Source of the DNA: Candidatus Gottesmanbacteria bacterium
GTDB lineage: Bacteria; Patescibacteriota; Microgenomatia; UBA10105
Direction of reading: 5' to 3'
NCBI GenBank assembly: GCA_023245415.1
Contig: JAHFKJ010000005.1
Coordinates: forward strand, 7,535 to 68,825
Length of the DNA: 61,291 nucleotides
Position numbers and translations under genes: made by a program. Below the pieces are notes generated by a model. The model saw only the letters and a program-made list of their open reading frames with translations. It was not told the origin of the DNA and did no database searches. Position 1 is the first letter of the stretch; each line of letters opens with the position of its first letter. Below, one piece after another: positions 27,074 through 36,911 of this stretch.

Positions 27074-28039
27074 TCAACCCGATCTATATTCTTTAAGTGC
27101 CTGGTCTACCTGGTCAACTGTATTTGTCTCCATTAGTTTCGCTCGTAACTCACTTGCTCCGGAAAAACCCGAACAATAAATCTTAAAAAACTTTTTAAGT
27201 ATTGCGAAATTTTTGCGATTCCCCCAGGTTTTTTCAAACAACTGCGCGTGCTTAAGCAATAAGTTTAATTTTTCGTCAGGTGAGGTTGATTTATTTGTTA
27301 CCTGCAGGTTAAACAACCAGGGGTTATGGAAAATTCCCCGACCTATCATCACGCCGTCCACTCCATACTGCTTTACTTTTTCAGAAGCATCAGCTAAATC
27401 TTCGACATCGCCGTTGCCAATGATTAAAGTTTTCTGATTTAACTTATTTCTAACATACACTGCTTTCCCAATTTCTTCCCAATGAGCAGGAACATCTGAC
27501 AGTTCTTGAGCAGTTCGGCCATGTATGGTTAGAGTAGCCAAATTAAACTGGAGAAGAAATGTAATCCAATCTTCAGTTACGATTTTTTTAATGCCGATAC
27601 GCGTCTTGATACTTACAGGCATTTTTTGGGCTCCTTCCTGAGTTGCCAAAATAATTTCTTTGGCCAACTCCTGATTTTCTATTAATGCTGCACATGCCCC
27701 ATGAGTCATAACGCTTTTTTCCGGACAACCAAAATTTAAATCAATTCCGTCAAAACCCATACCGGCAATTTCCCGAGCTATTTTATAAAAATTCTTAGGG
27801 TTAATCCCCCAGACTTGAGCCACAATCGGCCGTTCTATTTCCGTAAATTGTAAGCGGTAAATTACATTACTGCGACCAATTGAACACATGCCTTCAACGT
27901 TGACAAACTCGGTAAAAAACACGTCCGGTTTACCAATTCCTGAGATAATCTGCCGAAAAACAGTATCTGTCACATCATACATCGGTGCCAGAATAAAAAT
28001 CGGTTTCGAAAGTGTTGTCCAAAAATTACTATTCTGCAT
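27074..28039 (-). CDS. tRNA-dihydrouridine synthase
   Basis: LAPMYDVTD..FR, GFDGIDLNFGCP, SIKTRIG and TIHGRT. Confidence 0.88.
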   Translation of the reverse strand: MQNSNFWTTLSKPIFILAPMYDVTDTVFRQIISGIGKPDVFFTEFVNVEGMCSIGRSNVIYRLQFTEIERPIVAQVWGINPKNFYKIAREIAGMGFDGIDLNFGCPEKSVMTHGACAALIENQELAKEIILATQEGAQKMPVSIKTRIGIKKIVTEDWITFLLQFNLATLTIHGRTAQELSDVPAHWEEIGKAVYVRNKLNQKTLIIGNGDVEDLADASEKVKQYGVDGVMIGRGIFHNPWLFNLQVTNKSTSPDEKLNLLLKHAQLFEKTWGNRKNFAILKKFFKIYCSGFSGASELRAKLMETNTVDQVDQALKEYRSG

Positions 28040-28066
28040 ACTTACACCCCGGTCGTGGACTTGACC

Positions 28067-28723
28067 CTACACATCAGGAGAAATAATCGTATCTGCTACT
28101 TCAAGAAGTGAATTAAAAATTTTATCAGCTTGGGAATAGTCTGCATCGTAGTAATGAATGTTGGGAACACAAATTACCTGTAAATTTGCTGCTTTAGCTG
28201 AAGTGATACCGTTTACCGAATCTTCGATCGCTACCGCTTCGTGCGCTTGTATTTTCAGCGATTCTAGAACCTTTTTGTAAATATCCAGATAAGGTTTGCC
28301 TCGCAAAACATCATCACCAGTCACAACTGTTGAAAAATAAGATGAAAGCAGAGGAAATTTATGAAAAATAAGTTGAACATACATTGAATCTCCACTGGTA
28401 GCCAAAGCAAGTTTTAAGTGCAAAGACTTAATTTTTTGCAGTAGAGCGTACGCTCCTCTCATAAGCTCCAATTTTTCCCTAGCCAGGGAAAAATATATTT
28501 CCTGGCGTTTCTTATACAACTCGTTAACAGTCCCCGGAAGATCATATATATCTTTGTAATCGGAAATAATATCGATAATGCGCATACCTTCACGCCCGGA
28601 TTGAGGTTGGCTATACACTTTGGAGAATGAGGCAATAAATATCCGCATCGCCTCAATCTGCAAATCCGTTGAATCAACCAAAACCCCATCCAAATCAAAA
28701 ATCACTGCTTTGAGCATAAACAA
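28067..28723 (-). CDS. HAD-superfamily hydrolase (beta-phosphoglucomutase-like subfamily)
   Basis: Motif I FDLDGVLVDS, motif II LATSG, motif IV EDS.NG. Confidence 0.8.
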   Translation of the reverse strand: MFMLKAVIFDLDGVLVDSTDLQIEAMRIFIASFSKVYSQPQSGREGMRIIDIISDYKDIYDLPGTVNELYKKRQEIYFSLAREKLELMRGAYALLQKIKSLHLKLALATSGDSMYVQLIFHKFPLLSSYFSTVVTGDDVLRGKPYLDIYKKVLESLKIQAHEAVAIEDSVNGITSAKAANLQVICVPNIHYYDADYSQADKIFNSLLEVADTIISPDV

Positions 28724-28853
28724 ATTGTAAACTTAATGCATATTGCAGTGCAAATTTAAGTTTTGCCTAAAAATAATGAAGATACTTCTGATAACTCAAA
28801 ATGAAACTCCACTGATTTCGGAGCATTTTCAAATACAGAGGTTATTATGAAGA

Positions 28854-29231
28854 CTACATCGATTTTCCACGTTCAAGAATTTGGCGAATTTCTTCAACTA
28901 TTTGACTAGGTTTATACGAACCTTTATCGATAAATTTGACAGCTCCTAACGAATTCACTTTTTCTTCATTTTCGCGACTGCTATAGTTACTCATTGCAAC
29001 AACTGGAACTGACTTAATTTGATCATCTTTTTTTAGTTGACGCAGCAGAGAAAATCCTAATGTCTTGGACAGGATAATGTCAAGTAAAATAATGTCAGGA
29101 TTGGTATTTTTCGCTTGCTCTATTCCTTCTAACCCATCATGAGCCAAAACTACTTCAAATCCTGCTAATTCAAACTCAGTATTGAGTAAATTTATATAAT
29201 CGTCATTATCTTCAACTATCAATACTTTCAT
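28854..29231 (-). CDS. single-domain response regulator (CheY-like receiver)
   Basis: MKVLIVEDND, phospho-acceptor context IILLDIIL, and a conserved Lys in FIDKG. There is no output domain. Confidence 0.88.
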   Translation of the reverse strand: MKVLIVEDNDDYINLLNTEFELAGFEVVLAHDGLEGIEQAKNTNPDIILLDIILSKTLGFSLLRQLKKDDQIKSVPVVAMSNYSSRENEEKVNSLGAVKFIDKGSYKPSQIVEEIRQILERGKSM

Positions 29232-29273
29232 ATTTTAAGGTCAATTAAAGTATAACAATTTAAATTATTCAAA

Positions 29274-30950
29274 TCAATTCTCAATCGGCAAAGTAAAATT
29301 AAAAGTTGAGCCGGCGTTGACTTCACTCTCAACCCAAATTTTACCACCATGACTTTCAACGATCCCCCGAGCAATAACCAATCCCAATCCTGTTCCACTA
29401 GCTTCATGTGCACTTGTAGTTATTTGGCGAAACTTGCTAAAAAGCGTGGGTATATCTTTTTCAGAAATTCCCAGTCCCGTATCACGTATCGAAACCAATA
29501 CGTCTTGAGTCTGATTTTTGGTTGTGATGACTATTTCGCCTTGAGTCGTATATTTAATCGCGTTGGATATTAAATTTTGCATCACCTGACTGATACGCAT
29601 TTTATCTATTTCAAGTAACGGCAATTTATCATCAAAAAGTACTCGAATATGCAAATTTTTATCCTGTGCTTGATTTGTAAAAACTGAAATAACGTCTTTA
29701 ATGATATCATTCAGGTTTTCCATTTTTTTGTACACCGTAAATTTACCCGACTCAAGTTTGGCTACATCTAAAAGATCATTAATAAGGGTCAGCAAGTGGT
29801 ATGATGTTCGTTCCAGTAAATCCAGAGAAGCGCTGACTTTTTCGGAAGATAATTCTTGCATCCGCTTTTTGAGCAGCTCGCTGGTCCCCCTTATATTCGT
29901 AAGCGGTGTGCGCAGCTCATGCACGATCATCGAAGTAAAATCTTCGCGCATGCGTTCCAGTTCTTTTTCATGAGTAATATCATGAAAGATTACCACTCCA
30001 CCCAAAATTTCTTCTTTGCCAAGTACTTTAGTTTTGACTGGAGATACGATAATTTGATAAAAATGGTCTCCGATAAATACTTCATCGGCTGTTAAAATCT
30101 TGTTAAGTTTCACGCTTTCTTCAAGTTTTCCCCGTATATCAAATCTGCCGCTTAAATTATCAATAAAGTTAAAAATTGAAACTTCACCGACTTCTAGAGC
30201 ATTAATCATCCGACGTGCAGCTGAATTTACGACTACAATTCGGTAGTCATTATCAGTCATCACAACTCCTTCGGCCATACTTGAAACCATCGCATTCAAT
30301 TTACGCTGTTCTGTTTTTACTACGTCACCAAGTCTGGTCACAGCCTGTGACGCCTGTCGAATAATTTTGTAAAGTATCGTCATTTCTGCTTCTTTATACA
30401 GTCCGTTTCTCGTATCGGCAACTGTCAGAACTCCTACAGCTTTTTCACCGATAACCAGTGGAATATGAAATATGGATCTGGCAGGATCTTCAAGTTCTTC
30501 AACAAGAATTGCCCCAGAAAGTGTTTCTTCCACTTGATTTTTGATCAATTTTTTATCCAAAAGCGCAGATAATGATTCCAACATCGTATCGCGAACATTA
30601 TCGATAAATTTGCGGGAGACTGATTTCTCAAGATGAATTTTATAGACGACTTTTTCAGGTTCTATCAACATATAGGCGACACCGCAGTATTCGATAAATT
30701 GACTTAAAGAACCTGTAATGATATCGATAATTTTCTCTATATTTAGCGAATAACCGATACGTTCGCCCAGTTCTTTTAAAATAGCCAGCTCATACATCCG
30801 CCGGTTAAATTCCTGTTCGCGTTGTCTGACCTCTGCTGTCAATTTCTCTTCATGCAGACTGTATAAGCGATGCATACGTTCCCGCTCATAGAATGCGGCA
30901 ATTACCACTAATATTAAAATTACTAGTAAAACTCCTGCGAAAATCGTCAT
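29274..30950 (-). CDS. sensor histidine kinase (TM, GAF-like, PAS-like, HisKA, HATPase_c)
   Basis: H-box HELRTPLTNIRG, N-box NLISNAIKYT, DTGLGI and GTGLGL. The start is taken at ATG 30950 (MTIFAGVLLV.. TM); TTG 30992 is also possible. Confidence 0.9.
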   Translation of the reverse strand: MTIFAGVLLVILILVVIAAFYERERMHRLYSLHEEKLTAEVRQREQEFNRRMYELAILKELGERIGYSLNIEKIIDIITGSLSQFIEYCGVAYMLIEPEKVVYKIHLEKSVSRKFIDNVRDTMLESLSALLDKKLIKNQVEETLSGAILVEELEDPARSIFHIPLVIGEKAVGVLTVADTRNGLYKEAEMTILYKIIRQASQAVTRLGDVVKTEQRKLNAMVSSMAEGVVMTDNDYRIVVVNSAARRMINALEVGEVSIFNFIDNLSGRFDIRGKLEESVKLNKILTADEVFIGDHFYQIIVSPVKTKVLGKEEILGGVVIFHDITHEKELERMREDFTSMIVHELRTPLTNIRGTSELLKKRMQELSSEKVSASLDLLERTSYHLLTLINDLLDVAKLESGKFTVYKKMENLNDIIKDVISVFTNQAQDKNLHIRVLFDDKLPLLEIDKMRISQVMQNLISNAIKYTTQGEIVITTKNQTQDVLVSIRDTGLGISEKDIPTLFSKFRQITTSAHEASGTGLGLVIARGIVESHGGKIWVESEVNAGSTFNFTLPIEN

Positions 30951-31042
30951 TATATTATTTGTACCTAATAAATGTGCACAAATCAATCTCAATTTTTACT
31001 CGTACTTGACAGACGCTATGATTTATTGTCAATATAGATTTA

Positions 31043-31942
31043 ATGAGTCAAAAACTAGCACCAGTTAAATTTAAACATATTTTCAGCTGGATATTTTTAT
31101 CACTTGTTATTCTACCAAATATGTTTCCGGTATATGCTCAACAAATAACACAACAACGGTGGGTAACAGACCCGATAATAGTTGAAGAAGTCGATAAGAT
31201 CGTTCTAACAGGAAGCATGATCTGTTTTCTACTTTTGGCACTAGCCTTCATCATGGGATTGTATGTGGTGAAAAGTGTGGGTAAAGGCGCAATAAATGTG
31301 ACATTTATAAGTTTTACATTTGGCATATTTTTTACCGGCTTGTCGCGGTTATTTATGTATTTGACAGATATAAATATTTACAGCCTAGAAGAAGTAACTC
31401 ATCATATCTGGTGGCACCTTTTATTTTATTTTTCATTATTATCATTCATCTGGGGCGGGTTACGGCTCAAAGAAATTTCTGTAAAAATGGAAGGCGTTCG
31501 TTTGAGAGACGGTCTGGTATGGGGCTCTATGGTTTTTTTGGGAGTAATTATTTTTGTAGTTGCCCAACCATTAGAAATTGTACTGGGACCGGCTTTGAAA
31601 GGTACGATTATTGAAACCTGGGGTTTGTATCATTTTGTGGCTTTTGCACTGGCTGCAGTTGCAGCGACTTATCTTTTTTACATAAAAACAAACTGGGGGA
31701 AAATATTGAATGTCAGTGTCACTCCGATACTCATATTCTTGCTGCTTATGAGTCTGCAGCATTTATGGGAACTCTTAACAGAAAGCTGGAAAATACTTTC
31801 ACTGGAATCCTACATTATTGAACGGGTTGAGCTAGTAATAGTTCTTTGCGCTTTAGTCTTTCTAAATATAGCTGTTGTACGCATTATCCAATTCATCCAT
31901 TTACAAGCTGCACCTGCTAAAACTGGATTACTCCAAACTTAA
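31043..31942 (+). CDS. hypothetical polytopic membrane protein
   Basis: 299 aa, signal-like N-terminus, about 8 TM segments. It is divergent from the kinase operon. Confidence 0.6.
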   Translation: MSQKLAPVKFKHIFSWIFLSLVILPNMFPVYAQQITQQRWVTDPIIVEEVDKIVLTGSMICFLLLALAFIMGLYVVKSVGKGAINVTFISFTFGIFFTGLSRLFMYLTDINIYSLEEVTHHIWWHLLFYFSLLSFIWGGLRLKEISVKMEGVRLRDGLVWGSMVFLGVIIFVVAQPLEIVLGPALKGTIIETWGLYHFVAFALAAVAATYLFYIKTNWGKILNVSVTPILIFLLLMSLQHLWELLTESWKILSLESYIIERVELVIVLCALVFLNIAVVRIIQFIHLQAAPAKTGLLQT

Positions 31943-31946
31943 GAAG

Positions 31947-32219
31947 TTATTCCGGGTTTTTAATAGAAGGATACTTGGCGAAGACGCTACTTAAAGCGTT
32001 TTTCACAATTTGTCCTGATAAAGCCACATATTCATCAATTAACTGCTGTAAAACTTGAACGGGATCGGCCTGAATATCAGTGACTTTGCCTTCAGGGGAG
32101 ATGATAAGTCCGCGAACATTTCGGGCTTTTAACAAAGCTATTTCCGGTCCTAAAATGACTGCCTGTTTAGCGATAACTTCAGTAATTAATGAAACATATT
32201 CAATTTTGTTTTCAGACAT
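31947..32219 (-). CDS. hypothetical protein (90 aa)
   Basis: Clean ORF with ordinary composition and no recognised motif. Confidence 0.5.
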   Translation of the reverse strand: MSENKIEYVSLITEVIAKQAVILGPEIALLKARNVRGLIISPEGKVTDIQADPVQVLQQLIDEYVALSGQIVKNALSSVFAKYPSIKNPE

Positions 32220-32412
32220 AAACTATTCCTTTCAAAATGTGTTCTATTATTTTAGAATAAACGGTTATGTATATCTTGTCAAGTAAGTTCTACATATATT
32301 TTCACTCTTAGTGACAACGCTGTCATATTCAAGCGTAGCAAAAATTCTCACTGGGCAATGCGTACTTTTTTTATAGCTTTGAAATAACATCTTATCAGTG
32401 AAGAGTTAAAAC

Positions 32413-33171
32413 TTACACTTCTGTAAATGGAAAACTTGACTCAGATAGAAATTCCTTCACCTGGTTGTTTCGAATAATCGTAGTCTTCCCGACTCCTTTT
32501 ACGGAAATAAGTTTATTAACCGGATCAAAAAGCAGGGCAGTTTGCTCATCAATACCTATGATGACTACATCATGAGGAAGTAAAGAAATAAGCTGAGCAA
32601 AACGCTCTTTACCCATCCAACATCTCGTAGTATCAAAGTCCTCGCCTTCATGATTATTCCAGTGCGGAATGATCACTAATTTAAGACCAAATTTGCTAAA
32701 AAAATCTAAACCGGGAGCCCAATACAACTTATGACCGGCTTTAAATATTTCGTAGACAGGAAGCGTGTATTTACTTATCGCAACAACTGTAGCAGAACCT
32801 AAACACAAGACACATCCTTCCTGGTGTGCTTCCAGCAGTCGCCTATATGCCAGAGAATTTTGTAAATGCTCTACAGTATACGTCGGACTGCCAGCACCCG
32901 CATACACATAATCTTGCTGCAGAATGGTATCGACAATCTTTGGATTATTCGTAGAATGCGGTCCGTTTTTTTGCCAGGCTCTGATTCGTGTGATTTGCGG
33001 TTTAAAGTTACAGAGTGATGTCTCGAAAAAATTCTGCATCTTATCCGGCCATGCATGTAGTGCATTGACTTCAAATCCGGTAGGTGTTTCCAGAATTCCG
33101 ATACGAATAGGTGATGCTATACCTGCAGCTTTAATAACCTCTTCCTGTATCTTGCGGCCGGTTGGCGACAA
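32413..33171 (-). CDS. hypothetical protein, possibly peptidase S51 / class-I glutamine-amidotransferase-like fold; true N-terminus probably upstream
   Basis: The coordinates are for the TTG-bounded ORF. The frame stays open upstream to beyond 33300 and encodes ..PREALEKPGKILLFGSGE.. with no ATG/GTG/TTG. Confidence 0.45.
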   Translation of the reverse strand: MSPTGRKIQEEVIKAAGIASPIRIGILETPTGFEVNALHAWPDKMQNFFETSLCNFKPQITRIRAWQKNGPHSTNNPKIVDTILQQDYVYAGAGSPTYTVEHLQNSLAYRRLLEAHQEGCVLCLGSATVVAISKYTLPVYEIFKAGHKLYWAPGLDFFSKFGLKLVIIPHWNNHEGEDFDTTRCWMGKERFAQLISLLPHDVVIIGIDEQTALLFDPVNKLISVKGVGKTTIIRNNQVKEFLSESSFPFTEV

Positions 33172-33269
33172 CTCACCGGAGCCAAAGAGGAGTATTTTGC
33201 CAGGTTTCTCTAATGCCTCGCGTGGAATATAATCATTGGTATGAAATTTTGAGTTATGACTGAATAAAA

Positions 33270-34706
33270 TTAATTTTTTTTTACGGATGAAGACTCCGGT
33301 TCATCAATGACAGTATACCCTTTATTTTCAATATCTTTACGCACTCGATCGGCTTCATTAAATTTTTTTTCGGATCGAAGTTGACTTCTCAGTCGCAAAA
33401 GTTTCTCAATTTCCCCAGGAATCGGTTCAATGTAAGAACTAGCAGACGCCACTTCTAGTAAACCAAGCCCCAAAATTTCATCGCAAATCATGAGTAACTC
33501 ATATTTATCAATCACTGGCACATTGCTTTTGAGAATTTGCCAGACACAGGCTAAAGTTTGCGGAGTATTTAAGTCCATGCGGATGACATCCTTAAACTCT
33601 TTGCGCAGATTATTGACCTTTACCAATTTTTCCTCAGACAAACTTTGCCGTTCACCTTTTTCCACTTGAGTTTTAATAACTGCAACCTGACTTTTTAGCT
33701 CACGATAAGCAGTCTGAGCTGCATCTAATGCTTCCCAGGTAAAATTGCTTTCCTGGCGATAGTGAGTCTGTAAAAATAAGTATCTTAATGCCACTGGCAT
33801 AAAACTTCGTTTCACTATATCCTCAAGCGTATAATAATTGTCCAACGATTTGCTCATTTTTGTCCCGTTTACCAGCAAAAAATTGTGGTGAATCCAATAC
33901 TTAACAAATTGTTTACCGGTGGCAGCTTCAGACTGGGCAATTTCGTTCGTGTGATGAATGGGTATATGATCAATGCCTCCGGTATGAATATCGATTGTAT
34001 CACCCAAAAATTTCATTGACATCGCAGAGCATTCGATGTGCCACCCCGGGAAACCTTTGCCCCACGGACTCTCCCATTCCATATCACGTTTTATTCCGGC
34101 TGATGTCAACTTCCATAAAGCAAAATCAGTCGCATGTTTTTTGCCTGCCACCTGTTCCACCCGAGCTCCGGCGAGTTGTTTTTCCGGTATAAAGCCGGCT
34201 AATTTGCCATAATTTGCAAACTTAGTTGAATCGAAATATACGCCATCAGAAATAGTATAGGTAAACCCAAGAGCTTCTAATTTTTGAATAAGACTAATTT
34301 GTTCGGGAATATATTCCGTTGCCCGGCAAATGACGTCCGGCCGACTAACCAAAACCTGATCCATAGTTTTAAAAAAGTAATCTTCATAAAATTTGGCTAC
34401 GTCCCAGGCAGTCTTACCTTCACGTCTGGCGCCTTTTTCCAGCTTATCTTCGCCTGTATCAGCATCGGATACCAGATGACCAACATCGGTAATGTTCATC
34501 ACATGCGTCACGTCATAGGCTAGATAGCGTAATAATCGGACCAGAACATCATCAAACACATATTTACGTATATGTCCGATATGGGTGTAATCATAAACCG
34601 TAGGACCGCAGGCATACACTCCGACTTTCCGGTCATTGCCGGGAACGAAATCTTCAATTTCCCGGGTTAATGTATTGTAGAGCCGCAGTGTATTCTTTAT
34701 TTGCAT
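33270..34706 (-). CDS. cysS: cysteine--tRNA ligase
   Basis: HIGH (THIGHIRKY), KMSKS and the Zn-binding context WHIECSAM. Confidence 0.95.
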   Translation of the reverse strand: MQIKNTLRLYNTLTREIEDFVPGNDRKVGVYACGPTVYDYTHIGHIRKYVFDDVLVRLLRYLAYDVTHVMNITDVGHLVSDADTGEDKLEKGARREGKTAWDVAKFYEDYFFKTMDQVLVSRPDVICRATEYIPEQISLIQKLEALGFTYTISDGVYFDSTKFANYGKLAGFIPEKQLAGARVEQVAGKKHATDFALWKLTSAGIKRDMEWESPWGKGFPGWHIECSAMSMKFLGDTIDIHTGGIDHIPIHHTNEIAQSEAATGKQFVKYWIHHNFLLVNGTKMSKSLDNYYTLEDIVKRSFMPVALRYLFLQTHYRQESNFTWEALDAAQTAYRELKSQVAVIKTQVEKGERQSLSEEKLVKVNNLRKEFKDVIRMDLNTPQTLACVWQILKSNVPVIDKYELLMICDEILGLGLLEVASASSYIEPIPGEIEKLLRLRSQLRSEKKFNEADRVRKDIENKGYTVIDEPESSSVKKN

Positions 34707-34763
34707 AAATTTATCCGTATAGTCAGCAGTGTACAGTTAATAATTTTACTTCATAAGTATAGA

Positions 34764-34789
34764 CTATACGCTATAATTACTATACGCTA
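34764..34789. repeat. R5 repeat: CTATACGCTA x2 (16-nt period), preceded by palindrome GTATAG-A-CTATAC
   Basis: Copies at 34764-34773 and 34780-34789. The reverse complement TAGCGTATAG occurs twice at 50233-50255. Confidence 0.75.
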
Positions 34790-34790
34790 A

Positions 34791-35279
34791 TTATTGTGAT
34801 TTTACATTTTTTCCCTGTTCGCCGCCGAATTTCTTGGCTTTTAAACCAAATAAATTTCCGCGTTTGGCTTTCGTACTCGGCTGTTTCAATACTTTTTCGG
34901 CTTTTTTCCGTTCTTCCTGAATTTCTTTTTTCTGTTTTTCCATCTCCTCAAACTCCTGCTTCTGCGCGATTGTTCCTTCAGTTTGAGGCTTTGAAAACTC
35001 CCGGATCATTTGCCGGGTAAAGGCGAGTTCTTTTTGTTTTTTGATCTCATCCTGCTGTTTCAGAACTTCAATCAGATTGAAATCCTGCCGGTTGCTTGTC
35101 TTTTGCGTCGGTAAACTTTTCTGTTTTTGTCCCCCCTTACTACCGGAACCGCCACCTTTTTTTTCATAAGGAGCCTCAAATCCGGTTAATTTGGCTGGCA
35201 GCTGAGTCACTTCCTGAACAATTTGCTTGCCAATACCTCCCAACTGATCACCAATCCCTTTGGAAATTCCGTCTGACAT
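34791..35279 (-). CDS. hypothetical Lys/Gln/Glu-rich, probably disordered/coiled protein
   Basis: 162 aa, low complexity (KQK, EEMEKQKKEIQEERKK), no TM. Confidence 0.5.
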   Translation of the reverse strand: MSDGISKGIGDQLGGIGKQIVQEVTQLPAKLTGFEAPYEKKGGGSGSKGGQKQKSLPTQKTSNRQDFNLIEVLKQQDEIKKQKELAFTRQMIREFSKPQTEGTIAQKQEFEEMEKQKKEIQEERKKAEKVLKQPSTKAKRGNLFGLKAKKFGGEQGKNVKSQ

Positions 35280-35387
35280 AATTCAACAATTTAAGAATAT
35301 TTAAAATATACTTATATCATAAACCAAATACTTTCAATCGTAAATGTCATATTTCTGATCTTAGTACTTTGAAATTAAGAATAAATA

Positions 35388-35687
35388 TTATGCCAGGCCG
35401 AGCTGAATCTTCGCGTCTTCACTCATTCGCTCCGGGCTCCACGGCGGATCAAAAGTGAGGTTTACCTCGACATCTTTAACTCCCCGTAATTCTTTGACGT
35501 GAGAAATAATCGGCTCGGATATCAGGCTAAAAAGCGGACAGCCAATCGTAGTCAGCGTCATTTTCACTTCTACTTTCGTGCCTTCTATGACAACGCCGTA
35601 AATCAGACCCAAGTCCACGATCGATATCCCCAGTTCCGGATCCAATATCGGGCGAATCTTAGCCATAACCACTTCTTTATTGAGCAT
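35388..35687 (-). CDS. DUF59/MIP18-family Fe-S cluster assembly protein (SufT-like)
   Basis: DPELGISIVDLGLIYGV and TLTTIGCPL. Confidence 0.85.
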   Translation of the reverse strand: MLNKEVVMAKIRPILDPELGISIVDLGLIYGVVIEGTKVEVKMTLTTIGCPLFSLISEPIISHVKELRGVKDVEVNLTFDPPWSPERMSEDAKIQLGLA

Positions 35688-35753
35688 TGCTTATATTAAC
35701 AAATACTGCTATACTAAGACCTATAGTAATTATTCGAATAGGTTTTATATACT

Positions 35754-36059
35754 ATGGGCATTGAACAAAGACCTGAAACTAACGATTTTATCTATCGATT
35801 TGATGATCCACGGGAAAAGTTACAAGTTCACCGTGTACATAATGAATTAGCAAATGATCATTATTTCGCACAAGTACAACAACTAGATGATGACAGCGTA
35901 GGTCCATTTCCTGATGAGTTACATGCTGAAACATTTAGTCATTTATTAAAAAATTATGTTGCGCAGGCTCAAGCCGGTTACACACAGCCTATTATACACG
36001 ATCATGCGGGAAGAGAAAAAAGATTTACACCATCTAAAATTCACAGAAGAAGAAAATAA
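35754..36059 (+). CDS. hypothetical protein (acidic body, basic tail)
   Basis: 101-aa ORF with no recognised motif. Confidence 0.45.
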   Translation: MGIEQRPETNDFIYRFDDPREKLQVHRVHNELANDHYFAQVQQLDDDSVGPFPDELHAETFSHLLKNYVAQAQAGYTQPIIHDHAGREKRFTPSKIHRRRK

Positions 36060-36069
36060 TTATATTTAC

Positions 36070-36660
36070 CTATTTTATCAACTTAACTCCTGGTATCGCA
36101 AAAACTTTTTGCAGCGCATCTTTTCCCCCATTTCCAAAACCTATTCTTATATCTGTTGTTTCAGAACCAGGTTTAAATGTAATATAACTTACTTTACCGT
36201 CTATATTCAGTTCTAAAGCGGCTGATGAAGTTGGAGGACTGTCATCATCCAATCCTTCTATAGCTGTGCTAAAAATAGCATCCACAGGAGAGCCCATTTC
36301 ATCCATTAAATTATTATGCATAGGAGGCTGATACTTACTATTAGTCAACATGTAGACTCTGATTGATGCCGGATCATCTGGATCGCCTGTTCCGACAAAA
36401 GGAATTCTTGAGACACCTTTGCGCATAAGATGCAACAATATATCTAACAATTGCTGTGGGTCTCTTGCCGGAAATCCTTCTGTCACATCCACATATGGCG
36501 CATTTAATAATTCTTGAGCAATCATTTCAGCGGTATTATTCGGATCATTAATAAATTCAGGCGTAAAAACTGTCGGAGATGGAATCGCAACTTTCATGTC
36601 CGCCATATTAGTTACTTGTGGTTTTAAATCTACTGTTTCAATTGTAGAATCTGAAATCAT
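36070..36660 (-). CDS. hypothetical protein
   Basis: 196-aa ORF with no recognised motif and no TM. Confidence 0.5.
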   Translation of the reverse strand: MISDSTIETVDLKPQVTNMADMKVAIPSPTVFTPEFINDPNNTAEMIAQELLNAPYVDVTEGFPARDPQQLLDILLHLMRKGVSRIPFVGTGDPDDPASIRVYMLTNSKYQPPMHNNLMDEMGSPVDAIFSTAIEGLDDDSPPTSSAALELNIDGKVSYITFKPGSETTDIRIGFGNGGKDALQKVFAIPGVKLIK

Positions 36661-36911
36661 ATGGATATTACTCGCCCTCCTAAAGCTGTATACCGATCAG
36701 GTTTTATTTTATCAGAAATTACTGAATTTTATCCAGTAATCAATAACTTATTACGCAATATCTTAATCATATATATCTAATCTATATACATAGTACCACT
36801 TTTTCGATCATTTTTTTGAATTGAGTACTTTTGCATGACTTGTTTATAGAAAATAAACCTTGCTACATAAAAAAAGATCGCTAAAATCATAATCTTAATC
36901 CTACTAATTTT

